From the IMG/VR virus record IMGVR_UViG_3300039452_000187, positions 1 through 64,000 of that record: a stretch of DNA of 64,000 nucleotides; one strand, written 5' to 3'. Position numbers and translations under genes: made by a program. This document shows, one piece after another, positions 29,361 through 39,617 of the stretch; within the stretch, counting starts at the first letter, position 1; every line of letters begins with the position of its first letter. The DNA comes from a virus (Duplodnaviria; Caudoviricetes). The notes below the pieces were generated by a model. That model made no database searches, was not told the origin of the DNA, and saw nothing but the letters and a program-made list of their open reading frames with translations.

Positions 29361-31097
29361 ATGTGTGACCAGAAGCCGAGCGACGACTTGACCTGCATTC
29401 ACGCGGAACGCGGTTTGTGCCCGGATTGCCAGGAAGAGTTCGACGAAGATCCGGCAGCCTGGTTCGAATTCGGCCAGCACGCCGCCGGACTGGAGAACTG
29501 GCGCCGGCTCGAAGCCGAGATGGAAGAGGAGCGGTTGGCCGAAGAGGAAAGTAAGCCATTGCCGACGTGCGGCGATGATGAGATTCCCTTTTAAGGAGCG
29601 GTCCAATGGCAGACGCAACGATGGCACCGACGATGGCACCGGCCACTACTCGCGGCCTCAGTTTGCCCTGTCCCCTGTGCGGGGAAGCGGACGCGGACAT
29701 CTACTTGTCGCTGGCGGATGGCGACACCTGCAGATGCGGCTCGTGTGACAACGAGTTTACGCTGACTGACGTCCGCAACCTGATGGCCAAGTGGCAGAAA
29801 GTGCTGACCTGGATGGACACGATGCCAAGCTAACACAGGAGATCGATCATGAAAGCCGGCTGGCTGCAACTGGACGGGTGGCACGGCCGGACCCAGCAAG
29901 AGGTTGAGATCGTCGGGGAAACATCCCAGCGAGTGCGGATTCGTGCCCTGACCAAGACGATGTTGGCGGGCCGGCGCGGCTACCTCGCGGTGGGCGCCGT
30001 CGCCTTGGTGCCGTGCCACGCCGTTCGGGCGGAGCAAGTGCCTGGTGTAGCAGTCGTAGAGTTTTAGCGGCGAAAACCAACGAAACGGGGCCGGTCCGGC
30101 TGCAACCCGGCAACTGGCCCCTGGTACCCCTGGATCGGAGGCAGCATAATGGGTAGTTTAGCGGTCGTTACAGTCGTCTGTGGCGAGTGCGGCGGCAATG
30201 GGTACGTCCCCGACTATTTCGCCACCGGGGCCGCTGGCCAGTGCGTGGAACTGGTGCCGTGCCAGGGCTGCGGCGGCGTGGGCAAGGTGCCACAGGAAAC
30301 GGAATTGCCGGCGGGACTCGCGGCGGATGGGCCGAACCTGCGCACGGTCGATCTGGGGGCATTCACGGCCCTGCTCTTAGCGCAGGCGGATCAGGCGGAA
30401 GCCGAAACGGAGCAGCGGCAGACCGGTTCAGAATGGGGGCATTGCCAGGGGATGGCGGCGGGGATTCGGCACACGTTGCAACTGCTGCGGGAATGGACGA
30501 GCGGCAGCAGCGGGAACAATGGTAGCAATTCGGCAACGTAGATGGGTGCTTCGATGATTTTCACCGACAACGATCTGCAGCTACTTCTCCGTTGCCTCAG
30601 CGATGGCATTGACCAGAAAAGTGGGATGCTGCGCTGGCTCAAGCAAACGGTCAAAGAGAAGCGATTTAGCGGTAGCGAGCGCGAGCCGTGGGAAACGCTG
30701 GCCGGGCAGATCGAGAGAGACCGGGCGGCAATGGAAGCATTGATCGTTCGGATTGTGGATTGGCAGGCTCAAGAAGAGAGAAACCGCCATGAGTGAGCAT
30801 GTAACGGGCACCGGCCTGCAGCCCCGCGTCGGCGACGAGTGCTGGTTCGTCGAGTGGTGCGTGGCGCTGGCCTTCGATTCGGTGGGCGACGTGGACCGTG
30901 ACGGCTGCACGATGGAGCGCCGTCAGGTTGCCACGGAGGCTGAAGCGGAGCAGCTGGCTCGGGAAATCTGGCCACAAACGCACGGGATCTTCGGCATCGT
31001 CAACTACTGGCCGGCGCGGTTCGTGGCCTACGAAGAGCGGTACCCGTGGGCCGGCTACTGGCAGCACGGTGAATCCAAGGTGTACGAAGGGGAGTGA
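29361..31097 (+). CDS. Run of small hypothetical/Zn-ribbon genes (29361-29594, 29606-29833, 29849-30067, 30149-30541, ~30542-30796, 30789-31097)
   Basis: Co-oriented with RBSs; CPLC/CGSC and DnaJ-like CGECGGNG/CQGCGGVG motifs. Confidence 0.65.
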
Positions 31098-32107
31098 CAA
31101 TCATGTGTCAGCCGTCCTTGTTTGATTCGGCTGCGACGTCGAAGCACTCGTTGCTGCCGCTCTCCGAATACCGCAAAATCATCATTTCCTTCAGCGGCGG
31201 CAAGGACTCCACAGCCTGTGTGCTCCGTTGCCTGGATCTTGGCGTCCGCCCGGACCAGTTGGAACTCTGGCACCAGGACGTGGACGGCCGCGAAGAACCC
31301 TTCATGGACTGGCCGGTGACACCGGCTTACTGCCGCGCCTTCGCCGCTGCCTTCGGCTTGCCCCTCCGTTTCCAGTGGCGCGTCGGCGGCTTTGTTCGGG
31401 AGATGTTCCGCGAGCAGACCAAGACCGCACCCGTCCGCTTCGAGCGGGCTGATGGGACCATCGGGGAAGCGGGCGGCGAAGGTCCCCTGGTAACGCGGTT
31501 ACTCTGGCCGCAAGTGGCCGGGATTCGCAACGGCCGCTGGTGTACTCCCAAGCTCAAAATCGACGTAGCCGCCGTCGCCCTCAACAACGACCCCGCCTAT
31601 GCGGAAGGGCCGCTGTTGTTCGTGACCGGCGAGCGTTGGGACGAGAGTACGCCGCGCTCCAAGATCCCAGCTGCCGAACCCCACCGCTGCCACACGAGCC
31701 GCCGTCGGGTGGATCACTGGCACGGCGCCTGCGACTTGAAGGAAGCGGACGTGTGGGAGTTGATCCGCCGCCATCGCGTCCGGGTGCATCCGGCCTACTA
31801 TCTCGGCTGGGGCCGGGTGAGTTGTCTGGCCTGCATCTTTGGCGACTATAACCAATGGGCCAGCGTGCGGGAGTTGGTGCCGGCTCTCTTCGACCGGATT
31901 GCCGGCTACGAGCAGCGATTTGGCAAAACGATCAAGCAGCGACTCTCGGTTGTGAACCAGGCCGATCGGGGAGAGGCGTTCGCCATGCCGGTCGAGTTGC
32001 GGGCCAAGGCCCTGTCCACCGACTACACTGATCCGATTCTCTTGCCGGATGGGGAAGAGTGGGTGTTGCCGCCGGGCGCGTTTCGGCGCTGCGGCGGGCC
32101 AACATAG
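31094..32107 (+). CDS. PAPS-reductase-family (PP-loop) protein
   Basis: ISFSGGKDSTAC, RWCTPKLKI, GERWDES..R, HPAYYLGWGRVSCLACIF. Confidence 0.88.
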   Translation: MTIMCQPSLFDSAATSKHSLLPLSEYRKIIISFSGGKDSTACVLRCLDLGVRPDQLELWHQDVDGREEPFMDWPVTPAYCRAFAAAFGLPLRFQWRVGGFVREMFREQTKTAPVRFERADGTIGEAGGEGPLVTRLLWPQVAGIRNGRWCTPKLKIDVAAVALNNDPAYAEGPLLFVTGERWDESTPRSKIPAAEPHRCHTSRRRVDHWHGACDLKEADVWELIRRHRVRVHPAYYLGWGRVSCLACIFGDYNQWASVRELVPALFDRIAGYEQRFGKTIKQRLSVVNQADRGEAFAMPVELRAKALSTDYTDPILLPDGEEWVLPPGAFRRCGGPT

Positions 32108-32198
32108 CAACGGAGCAACGGAGCAAGACACCGACGTCCGCCGCGCTGTAAAGTAGAAGCCAAATCGCCCGCCCCACCCTCAAAGGATCGCCGCACCG

Positions 32199-33353
32199 AT
32201 GCCGCGCTACGATCTCTCCTACGAAACCTGTCCCGGCCGCTGTGCCTGGTGCTGGAAACCTCTCCCTGAAACCGACAGCCACGCCGTTGTCCGTTCCTTG
32301 CGTGCCCCACCTATAGAGCTCCGCTTCCACCACCCCTGCTGGGCCGCCTACCGCTCGCTCTCGGGTATCGAGGCCGGCGCGGTCGGGATGGGTGGCGACT
32401 GGACCCCGGAGCGCGTCGAGACGCTGCGACTGCACACCGGCCAGACCGTCCGCGCTTTTGCCCTGGCTCTCGGCGTCACCGAAAACAACTACCGCCGTCT
32501 GCTCAGCGGTGACACCACGGTGCTCGGTCCCGGGGTGCTCGCCCGCGTGAAATCCGTGGCCATGAACTCACGCTTTGAACGAACCGATCCTGTGGACTGG
32601 ACCGAGGGCCGCGCGGTCTTCTGCCTGCGCATGGAGCAAGGCTGGTCGCTCGGCGAATTGGCCCGCGAGATTGGGGCCAGCACCCAACAGGTGCAGCTGT
32701 GGCAGTGGCAGGGGGTGCCGGTGCGCTCGGTGCGGACGCACGGCCGGTTAAGCCAGGTCGCGCGGCGGGTGCGCTTTGACGCAGGTATGGTGGTCGACCA
32801 CTACCTGTGGACGCACGAGTACCTGACGGACCTGTTTACGGCTCACACTGCCAAGCATTCGGCCCAAGATTGGGCGCTCGCAGGCCGCACCGAACAGGGC
32901 ACCTTCCGCCAGTGGCTCCGAGGGACGCGCAAGATTGTCCCGGAATCCGCCTGGCACCTGACCCAGGCGGCGCTTCGGCTCGGGTTGCCGTTGCCGGCCA
33001 AGGGGTTGGTTCCGTTGCGCAAGTGTGCCTGGAGTGTGGAACGGAAGATGCCAGCCCCGGAAGACGAAACTCGGCGGCTGGAAGCCCTCCGCGAAGCGAA
33101 GTGGACCCTGGAGAACGTCCGCCAGCTCGGCACCGTCCCCGATCGCGTCTTGGCTCAGCGGCTGGGGCGAACGCGGAACAGTGTCGCCATCATGCGGCGG
33201 GAATTGGGCATTGCCACGGTCGACGTGCGGACCTGGGACGGCGTGGAGAGGCCACAGACCGTCCCAGATGAGGAACTGAACCGGCGCTGGGACGAGTTCC
33301 GGGAGCGGACCAAGGCGGCGAAGCGGCACGACCGCAAAGACGACGAAGTATAG
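32199..33353 (+). CDS. Multi-HTH DNA-binding protein with N-terminal Zn finger
   Basis: CAWC...FHHPCW; several XRE-like HTHs; WT...LGTVPDRVLAQRLGRT..SV...RRELGI. Confidence 0.7.
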   Translation: MPRYDLSYETCPGRCAWCWKPLPETDSHAVVRSLRAPPIELRFHHPCWAAYRSLSGIEAGAVGMGGDWTPERVETLRLHTGQTVRAFALALGVTENNYRRLLSGDTTVLGPGVLARVKSVAMNSRFERTDPVDWTEGRAVFCLRMEQGWSLGELAREIGASTQQVQLWQWQGVPVRSVRTHGRLSQVARRVRFDAGMVVDHYLWTHEYLTDLFTAHTAKHSAQDWALAGRTEQGTFRQWLRGTRKIVPESAWHLTQAALRLGLPLPAKGLVPLRKCAWSVERKMPAPEDETRRLEALREAKWTLENVRQLGTVPDRVLAQRLGRTRNSVAIMRRELGIATVDVRTWDGVERPQTVPDEELNRRWDEFRERTKAAKRHDRKDDEV

Positions 33354-33722
33354 CTACGTGGTTTCTGAAGCCACCGGTGCCGCCGCTTCCGAGGGCAGGG
33401 CCGCCGTCTCAAACAACCGACAGGCCCGGTACCCCGCCGGGACCATCGGGTACATGGTGTGCAGCTCGCCCGGCACACCGGTCGGAAAGCAGATGGGCGG
33501 CAGCGCCTGGCACTCCCCGTTGACCTGCTCCAGGCTAATCGCCCCCTCCTTGCCGTTGCGACCTTTCCGGCCGTTACTCGGCACCGGGTTGACTCCCATC
33601 AGCACCCAATTCTGACAGTCATTGCAGACCCGGCCGCGATAGCTCGGGATGAGCCGGTCCGGCGGTTGCGGGGTGGACTGGATGAGACAGACCTGGCTCA
33701 GGTTCAGTTGGCTGGTGTCCAT
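33354..33722 (-). CDS. Small four-Cys metal-binding protein
   Basis: CNDCQNW...GECQALPP...YPMV....ACRLF. Confidence 0.55.
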   Translation of the reverse strand: MDTSQLNLSQVCLIQSTPQPPDRLIPSYRGRVCNDCQNWVLMGVNPVPSNGRKGRNGKEGAISLEQVNGECQALPPICFPTGVPGELHTMYPMVPAGYRACRLFETAALPSEAAAPVASETT

Positions 33723-34014
33723 GCGACGTTGGTGGCTCCGGTAAAGGTTCCTGCGGCTGCGCTGGGTGGTTGGTTTGCTGCTTCGTTCTCGCTGATTCGT
33801 ACAGCGGACAGTCCCGGCAATACTGCACTGTGATCTCGTGGCCCGGCCCGCCGGGGTGCGTGCAGCGGAAGAGGAGCAGCTGCACCGCGAGCGAGCCTCA
33901 GCCACCGCTTCGGCCGGTCCTGCTACCACAGGCCGCACTGGCAGCTCGCTTGGGCTGGCCGCTCGGCAGTCGCACCGTGGGGCCGTGGTGGCGGCAGTCC
34001 TGTTTATGCTTCAT
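33619..34014 (-). CDS. Cys-rich protein with in-frame UGA at codon 39 (putative selenoprotein)
   Basis: ATG 1 nt after the upstream stop; frame continues through TGA (33898-33900) into FRCTH...YCRDCPLYE; downstream hairpin. Confidence 0.55.
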
Positions 34015-34015
34015 G

Positions 34016-35242
34016 TCAGGCAACCTTTACTGTGCCACCAGCTTTCCGCTTGACGATGATGTCTTGCGGTCCGCCATCGGGCAGGCTAAAAGGGTTACTC
34101 ATGACCACCTGGTTGTACGGATCAAGCAGCTGTCCACCCTTGTAGATCGTGCCATTGGTAAAGGTCACGGTCCCCATCGCCTGACTGCAATCCACCTGCC
34201 CCGTTGGCCCGATGATCGTGGTCGCATGGGTACTGGCGGTTCTCGTCACCGCCGTGCCGCTCCAGCAGTTCATGGTCGTCCAGACGCCGGCCGCCTGGGT
34301 ATAGACGCCGCCATTGACAGTGACCGTGGTCACATTGCTGTTGACCGTGACCTTGCCGCCGTTGACAGTGACCGTGGTCAGCGTCGCGCCGGCGCCACAG
34401 CGGAGGAGCGTGCCGTTACCGCCATTGACCGTGATGACGGGCACGGTGGCCGTCTCGCCCGAAAAGGACGCGATGGCAACGCTGCCGCTAGCGAGGTTGA
34501 AGACGTTGCTCGCGTGCGCTCCCAGGTAGAGGAAGGATTCAATGCCCGGCTCGACGGTCGTGCCCATGCCATAGACCGTGACGGTGGCCGCATTCGTGCC
34601 GGTGTTGAGCTTGATCCGGCCACTGCCGGCACCCGAACCGGCGCCGATATTGACCGTCGTTGCGGAAATCTTCAGGTACGTGGACCGGTCTTCCACGTAA
34701 GCGCCGCTGACGTTAATCCGGGGTAGCCCAATCGTGCCGCTGAAGGTGTAGGGGATGGTCAGGCTGTTGAGCGTGAGCGTGTGCTGGTCGATGCCATAGA
34801 GGATCGACTGGCTCGTGTTCTCGACCCACACATCGTCGCCGCCGGCCGGCAGGACGCCCGTGTCCCAATTAACCGCCGTGGCCCAATCGTTAGGCCCCGA
34901 GTAAGTGGTCGTCACCGAAAAGGTGCCGATCGTGCCGGCACCGCCCGAGACGCTGGAACTGAAGAGGGCTGCGGTGGGTAACCCGGCGGTCTTGCTCGTC
35001 GCCGTGATCGTGGAACTGTTGACGGTCCAGGTGACCTCCAAGAATTCAGGGATCGCACTGGCGGCGAGCAATGCTTGCAAGGCCGTGGCCGTCGTCGCCG
35101 TCGTGCCGCCGGTGCCCACGGTGCTGACCGTCTTGCCGTTGCGCGTGATCTTGTAGGTCGTGGTCGCGTCGTAGGCGGTCAGCGTCACCGTCGCCACGTC
35201 GGCCACGGCAGGAGCGCCGCCGATCCAGTTGACTCGTCCCAT
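34016..35242 (-). CDS. Tail/virion structural protein with beta-helix-like repeats
   Basis: Thr/Gly-rich; NDWATAVNWDTGVLPAGGDDV; TTVTVNGG repeats. Confidence 0.7.
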   Translation of the reverse strand: MGRVNWIGGAPAVADVATVTLTAYDATTTYKITRNGKTVSTVGTGGTTATTATALQALLAASAIPEFLEVTWTVNSSTITATSKTAGLPTAALFSSSVSGGAGTIGTFSVTTTYSGPNDWATAVNWDTGVLPAGGDDVWVENTSQSILYGIDQHTLTLNSLTIPYTFSGTIGLPRINVSGAYVEDRSTYLKISATTVNIGAGSGAGSGRIKLNTGTNAATVTVYGMGTTVEPGIESFLYLGAHASNVFNLASGSVAIASFSGETATVPVITVNGGNGTLLRCGAGATLTTVTVNGGKVTVNSNVTTVTVNGGVYTQAAGVWTTMNCWSGTAVTRTASTHATTIIGPTGQVDCSQAMGTVTFTNGTIYKGGQLLDPYNQVVMSNPFSLPDGGPQDIIVKRKAGGTVKVA

Positions 35243-35265
35243 GTGTCAATCTCCCGAAAAAGAAA

Positions 35266-35775
35266 TCAGCCGCCGCAGCCGCCGCAGCCGCCGCAACCGC
35301 CGCACGGCGTTCCCACGTAGCCACCCGCATAATTCCACCGAGGCTGGTTGAGTGGACACATCTGCGTCGCACAATCTAACTTGCCCATTGGTCTGGGAGG
35401 GAGCAGTCCCGCTTCGAGGTAGCAACCACACCGCTTGCACGAGTCTGTCTCCGGGTCGCGGTCGGGACACTGGTTGCACTGTTGTCGCCGAAACGCCTTC
35501 TCCTCCGGTAGAGGTCCACGATTGCCCGCCGCCCGCCATTTTGTCTCGGCCGCGATCGCCCGCACGAACCGCCCCACCAGTTCGGCCGCGGTCCATTGTC
35601 GCGGCGGTGGAGGCTCGCGCATGGGCGTCGTGTCCTCGTCAAAGGCCCGGCGATACCTTTCATCCGTGTGGTACAGGTGACAGGTCCAGCAGTGTGTTGT
35701 CACGTCAAACGGCTGTCCTTCCCCCCAGCGGTGGCAGGGTGTACCGCTCGGACCTTTGGTGCAGGGAATAGTCAT
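35266..35775 (-). CDS. Cys-rich DUF6171-like protein with (CGG)4 tail
   Basis: RRQQCNQCP...CKRCGCYL...K....QMCPL...W; ends PCGGCGGCGGCGG. Confidence 0.65.
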   Translation of the reverse strand: MTIPCTKGPSGTPCHRWGEGQPFDVTTHCWTCHLYHTDERYRRAFDEDTTPMREPPPPRQWTAAELVGRFVRAIAAETKWRAAGNRGPLPEEKAFRRQQCNQCPDRDPETDSCKRCGCYLEAGLLPPRPMGKLDCATQMCPLNQPRWNYAGGYVGTPCGGCGGCGGCGG

Positions 35776-36260
35776 GGGCTGGGAAGCAAGGTAATGGTCA
35801 CGGTCGGATTGTTGGTGCCGGTCCCGAGGACGCAAGGATTATCAAAACTGCAGCCACAATCACCGGCCAGTTCTAAGACGCACTCGAAGTAGAGGAACAG
35901 CGGGTTGCAGTTCTGCCTCGAAGGAGTTTCGGCGGCCTGGTTCTGGTTGACGAACAGATACCAGACGTTGCCGACGCAGCCCAGGCCCAGCGAGTATTTT
36001 CCCGAGTTGGGACAGGTTAGCCCAATCGGCGCATAGGTGATCCACTGCTGAAAGGTAGCATTCCAGTTGAGGGCATACTGACCCGCACAACTGCCGGTGA
36101 TGGTGGCCAGCAATGTCCCTGGCAGCGTTACGCCAGGGCAGCACGCATTTGGAGGGGGCGGCGGTCCGCCCCCTCCGCAGCAACAGGGGTAGGTAATGGG
36201 ACCGAGGCGACAGATCAGCGTCACCAGGAGCAGCCAGCCAAGCAGTTCCAGGAGGCTCAC
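35772..36260 (-). CDS. Cys-rich tail-associated protein
   Basis: PCCCGGG...CCPGVTLPGTLLATI; start overlaps the upstream stop. Confidence 0.6.
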   Translation of the reverse strand: MSLLELLGWLLLVTLICRLGPITYPCCCGGGGPPPPPNACCPGVTLPGTLLATITGSCAGQYALNWNATFQQWITYAPIGLTCPNSGKYSLGLGCVGNVWYLFVNQNQAAETPSRQNCNPLFLYFECVLELAGDCGCSFDNPCVLGTGTNNPTVTITLLPSP

Positions 36261-39031
36261 TAGTAACTCCCCGTGGGCAGCATCCCGTCCTGACGCCGGC
36301 CGTTCTTGTAGCCACGATAGTCCCAAATGGGTTGGCACTGCTGGTTAAAGCCCTCAAGAAACTGCTCGTTGCCAGTGATGCCGCCAGCGTCCGCGATAAT
36401 CGTCCAGTAACCACCCGAGTCGGGAAACCAGATATTCGGGTCGCGCCCCGGCATGTACCAAAGCCAGACGCCACAGCCAGGGTAGAGGTAAAACGGCAGG
36501 GCGCTGGGCGTGAAAAACGAACCATAGGGCCAGAGCGGATTCACCGGGTCAGCCCAGTTTTGCAACACGAGCGCGTAATCGGTTGCCGGCTGGTCCTGTG
36601 CCTCGCCGCTGTTAATGAGGAGAATGAGCTGGGGACCACTTTCCCCCTCACTGATGTCGTCGTCGCCAGCGTCGTTGTCCCAATCCCAATCCCAATTGGG
36701 CTGAATCGGCTGGCCGACGGGGATAAAGCCATTAATGGCAGTCAATTGAGTGGCTTTGATCCTGTAAACCGGGGTGCCGGCACCGTACTTGTTCAGATCC
36801 AGATAACCGCCATTGTTCTTGCCGGTGTTGGGGTCGATCCGCCAGCTTGCGTCGAGGTAAATCTCGGTAAAGCAGGCATAGAGCGGCCCACAAAACGCCT
36901 GTGGGTTGGTATAGACCGTGATCGGACCGCCGGGCGCGGCCGCGCCCGGCTGCGCCGTGGTGCTGATGAGCCGCCACTTGGCATTGCTGCTGCCGCTGCT
37001 ACAGATGTCATTCCAGAAGGTGGCACTGTCGCCAACGGCAAGGTTCAGCAGCGGTGCGAACGCGGGCGGCAGGCTAAACATGCTGCCGCCGATCTGGAGC
37101 GGCCCCGGACCGGTGTTGATGATCGAGGTCATCTGCGGCCCCAGGGCCGACGGGTCGAGTTGATCGGGGGCGTTAAAGTTCGCCGGGGTCAAGGTCGAGA
37201 GACTGAACGGGCTGGGGGAGGGGGTCGCTGTCAGTGTGACCGGCTTGACGACATTAAAGCCGCTGCCGCTGAGGTTGATGAGTTCGCAGCACATGAACAG
37301 GTAATCACAGATGAGGAACTGGTTGGCGAAGGCGCGCAACCGGGCTGTGCCAGCCGCCGGCCGGATCAAGTCCAGCACGAAGGTGGAACGGTCAACCTCA
37401 AACGTGGTGACATTCGGAATGGTCAGTGTCGTAGGGTAGACGTCCCGGACGGTAAGGCTGCCGCCCACGGCCGCCGCAAACTCGTACTCCTGCTTGGGGA
37501 CTCCCGCATTGTCATAACCGCGCCAGAGCCAGATAATCGTGCCGCTCGAAATGCCCGTCATTAAATTGAGATCGCGTGCCGGATGAACCGTCGTCGTACC
37601 GGACCGGCCGCCGGAGCGATCAGCCGTCGCTCCGTTCCCCGTGAACTCCTGTTCGACCCAGCTGTACGCGGTGCCGCTAGCCCCGATAATTTTGGCCGGA
37701 AACGGGTTCTCCGCGTACCCCGCCGCCGTCCCGGTCAGCTGGTGCTGAAACTCCGTCACCTCGAAATTCCACGGCTTCCGTTGCACGCGGGTGTAGGCGA
37801 TGGTGCCGTTGTAATACCACAGCACATCATTAGCCCCTTCGGGCACCCAGGCCCGAATCCCCGGATAGCTCTGGTCAATCCCGTTCAGTTTGCTGTCCCA
37901 GAAATCCTTGGCCAGCTGCACCGCCAGCGCATCCAGGGCCGTTTGATTGACCGGACTGGCATCGCCCGCGTTGTTGTACAGCGCCCACGCGGTACAGTGG
38001 AACGTCTTGTGCCCGTCCACTCCCTGGTAGTTCGCCGGCCCATAGGTGAGCAAATCGACGGGCTTGCCATAGACGTCCCCATACGAGCGCTTGTTCTTGT
38101 CCCGGATATCCCGCCCATCGACCATCGGCCCATTGATGACCACTTTGGGGAAGGTAACCGCTACGGTCGTCGGCAGGACAGCGTTGGCGGCCCGGGCGAC
38201 ATTGTTGGCCGTATCGTCGACCACGAACGCATCGCCGCCGGCCATGCTGAGCGGTGGATTGGGGCGGTTGCCCGTCGACGCTAAGTCGGCATCGTGGTAG
38301 GTCTGCAGCTGGTAGGTCCCATCCAGGTTCCGTACCACCACGCAGCCGATATTGGCCGCCGCCGCGTCGAGCAGGACGGCCGGGTTTTCGTAGTTGGAGT
38401 AGAACGCAGAATCTTCGCCGGGGACGCCGTAGACGCTGGGCACCGGAGAGGGGCCGGTCAGGGTAATACCCAGAACGTTTGCCAAATCATCCAGCAGGAC
38501 GTCCCAGGTCATGACATCGTCAGGATGCAACTCCCCCGCGTTCTCCCACTGCCAATAGAAGCGTTCGTCCACCAGGACGCACAAGTAGAGCTTGCCGAAG
38601 TCGCTGCCGAAGCTCGACAGCGGTTGCGGCGGCAACAGGTACAACTGTGTCTGGATGCCACCGTTGCTGGCCGCATCGGCGCCGAAGCCGTCGCCGACGT
38701 CGCATTGCAGCGTAAACGTACCAGGTTGGGCCGATTGACCCACCGGAAACGCCGCGTCCTCCATGGCGATCTTGGCGTCCTCGTGGATGACGCCGACGAA
38801 CTGACTCCAGCGCGAAGCCCCGGTGGGGTAGAAATACTGGCCCAACCGCACCTCCGGCGGCGCCGGCAGATAGGGGTAAGCGATATCCGCCAGGTTCTTG
38901 CCGGGGTAAGGCGACGCCGGCGGCAAGAGTAAGCGCAGGTCCCCCAGCGGCAGCCGGGCATCAACCCATTCGAGAAGGTCGGGGGTATCGAGCGGGAACG
39001 ACTGGTCGTTGAAGCGGATGCGGAAGGCCAT
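36260..39031 (-). CDS. Large tail tip/baseplate protein
   Basis: Position in the tail module; LVDERFYWQ and YSWVEQ motifs. Confidence 0.65.
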   Translation of the reverse strand: MAFRIRFNDQSFPLDTPDLLEWVDARLPLGDLRLLLPPASPYPGKNLADIAYPYLPAPPEVRLGQYFYPTGASRWSQFVGVIHEDAKIAMEDAAFPVGQSAQPGTFTLQCDVGDGFGADAASNGGIQTQLYLLPPQPLSSFGSDFGKLYLCVLVDERFYWQWENAGELHPDDVMTWDVLLDDLANVLGITLTGPSPVPSVYGVPGEDSAFYSNYENPAVLLDAAAANIGCVVVRNLDGTYQLQTYHDADLASTGNRPNPPLSMAGGDAFVVDDTANNVARAANAVLPTTVAVTFPKVVINGPMVDGRDIRDKNKRSYGDVYGKPVDLLTYGPANYQGVDGHKTFHCTAWALYNNAGDASPVNQTALDALAVQLAKDFWDSKLNGIDQSYPGIRAWVPEGANDVLWYYNGTIAYTRVQRKPWNFEVTEFQHQLTGTAAGYAENPFPAKIIGASGTAYSWVEQEFTGNGATADRSGGRSGTTTVHPARDLNLMTGISSGTIIWLWRGYDNAGVPKQEYEFAAAVGGSLTVRDVYPTTLTIPNVTTFEVDRSTFVLDLIRPAAGTARLRAFANQFLICDYLFMCCELINLSGSGFNVVKPVTLTATPSPSPFSLSTLTPANFNAPDQLDPSALGPQMTSIINTGPGPLQIGGSMFSLPPAFAPLLNLAVGDSATFWNDICSSGSSNAKWRLISTTAQPGAAAPGGPITVYTNPQAFCGPLYACFTEIYLDASWRIDPNTGKNNGGYLDLNKYGAGTPVYRIKATQLTAINGFIPVGQPIQPNWDWDWDNDAGDDDISEGESGPQLILLINSGEAQDQPATDYALVLQNWADPVNPLWPYGSFFTPSALPFYLYPGCGVWLWYMPGRDPNIWFPDSGGYWTIIADAGGITGNEQFLEGFNQQCQPIWDYRGYKNGRRQDGMLPTGSY

Positions 39032-39073
39032 GTCACACTCAGACGTAGACTCAGCCCGAATCAATCGAACCGA

Positions 39074-39592
39074 TCAGGACACCAGGTCCACGAAATACTT
39101 GCACTGCCACGTGGATGCCACGCAGCCCCAATTCGGCAGCGCCGGCCGGGGTTTCACCTGCCAGCCGCCATCACCCGGCCGCATCACGTCCGTCAGGTAA
39201 TAGTTGCTGTTGCTGTCGGTCGGATCGAACAGGTAAAGCGACTTGAGCACCTTGCGCAGCGCCTCCAATGCTCCCAGAGTCGCGTCCTTGAGGTACGAAT
39301 CGGCCCGTCCCGCCTGATCGAGGTAAAGCCGGTTCCACACCACCACGGCCAACTGCCCGTGGAATTCTGGGGTGTCGAGGCCGCCGCCGGTGATGAGCGG
39401 CTGGTCAGGCCGCTGCGGCCCGAGGACCACGGTGAGGTACAGGTCGGTATCCGGCGGGTTGGTCTGCTGATTTTCGTCGAGAGCGACGTAGACGTAGTTG
39501 GGGTCCACGATCTGGTCCGTGGTCCCGAGCTTGGTTCCCACCAGACTCAAGAGGGTCTCGGGTTTCACCAGCAGGTTGCGTAAGCCCGCCAT
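39074..39592 (-). CDS. Putative tail completion/terminator protein
   Basis: Size, position and alpha/beta pattern. Confidence 0.45.
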   Translation of the reverse strand: MAGLRNLLVKPETLLSLVGTKLGTTDQIVDPNYVYVALDENQQTNPPDTDLYLTVVLGPQRPDQPLITGGGLDTPEFHGQLAVVVWNRLYLDQAGRADSYLKDATLGALEALRKVLKSLYLFDPTDSNSNYYLTDVMRPGDGGWQVKPRPALPNWGCVASTWQCKYFVDLVS

Positions 39593-39617
39593 AATCCATC
39601 CTCAATCGCTGCGAGCG

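Noticed and set aside
30087-30121. Structured ncRNA (GGGGCCGGT-CCGG-ctgcaac-CCGG-ca-ACTGGCCCC)
   Set aside because: Single intergenic hairpin with no second copy noticed; could be a reverse-strand terminator; insufficient evidence
31094-32107. Dnd/Ssp phosphorothioate system
   Set aside because: Only a lone PAPS-reductase-family gene; no partner genes
35266-35268. Second Sec codon: TGA in register with the (TGC GGC GGC)n repeat
   Set aside because: No convincing downstream hairpin, and the next gene's RBS and start follow directly; treated as a true stop
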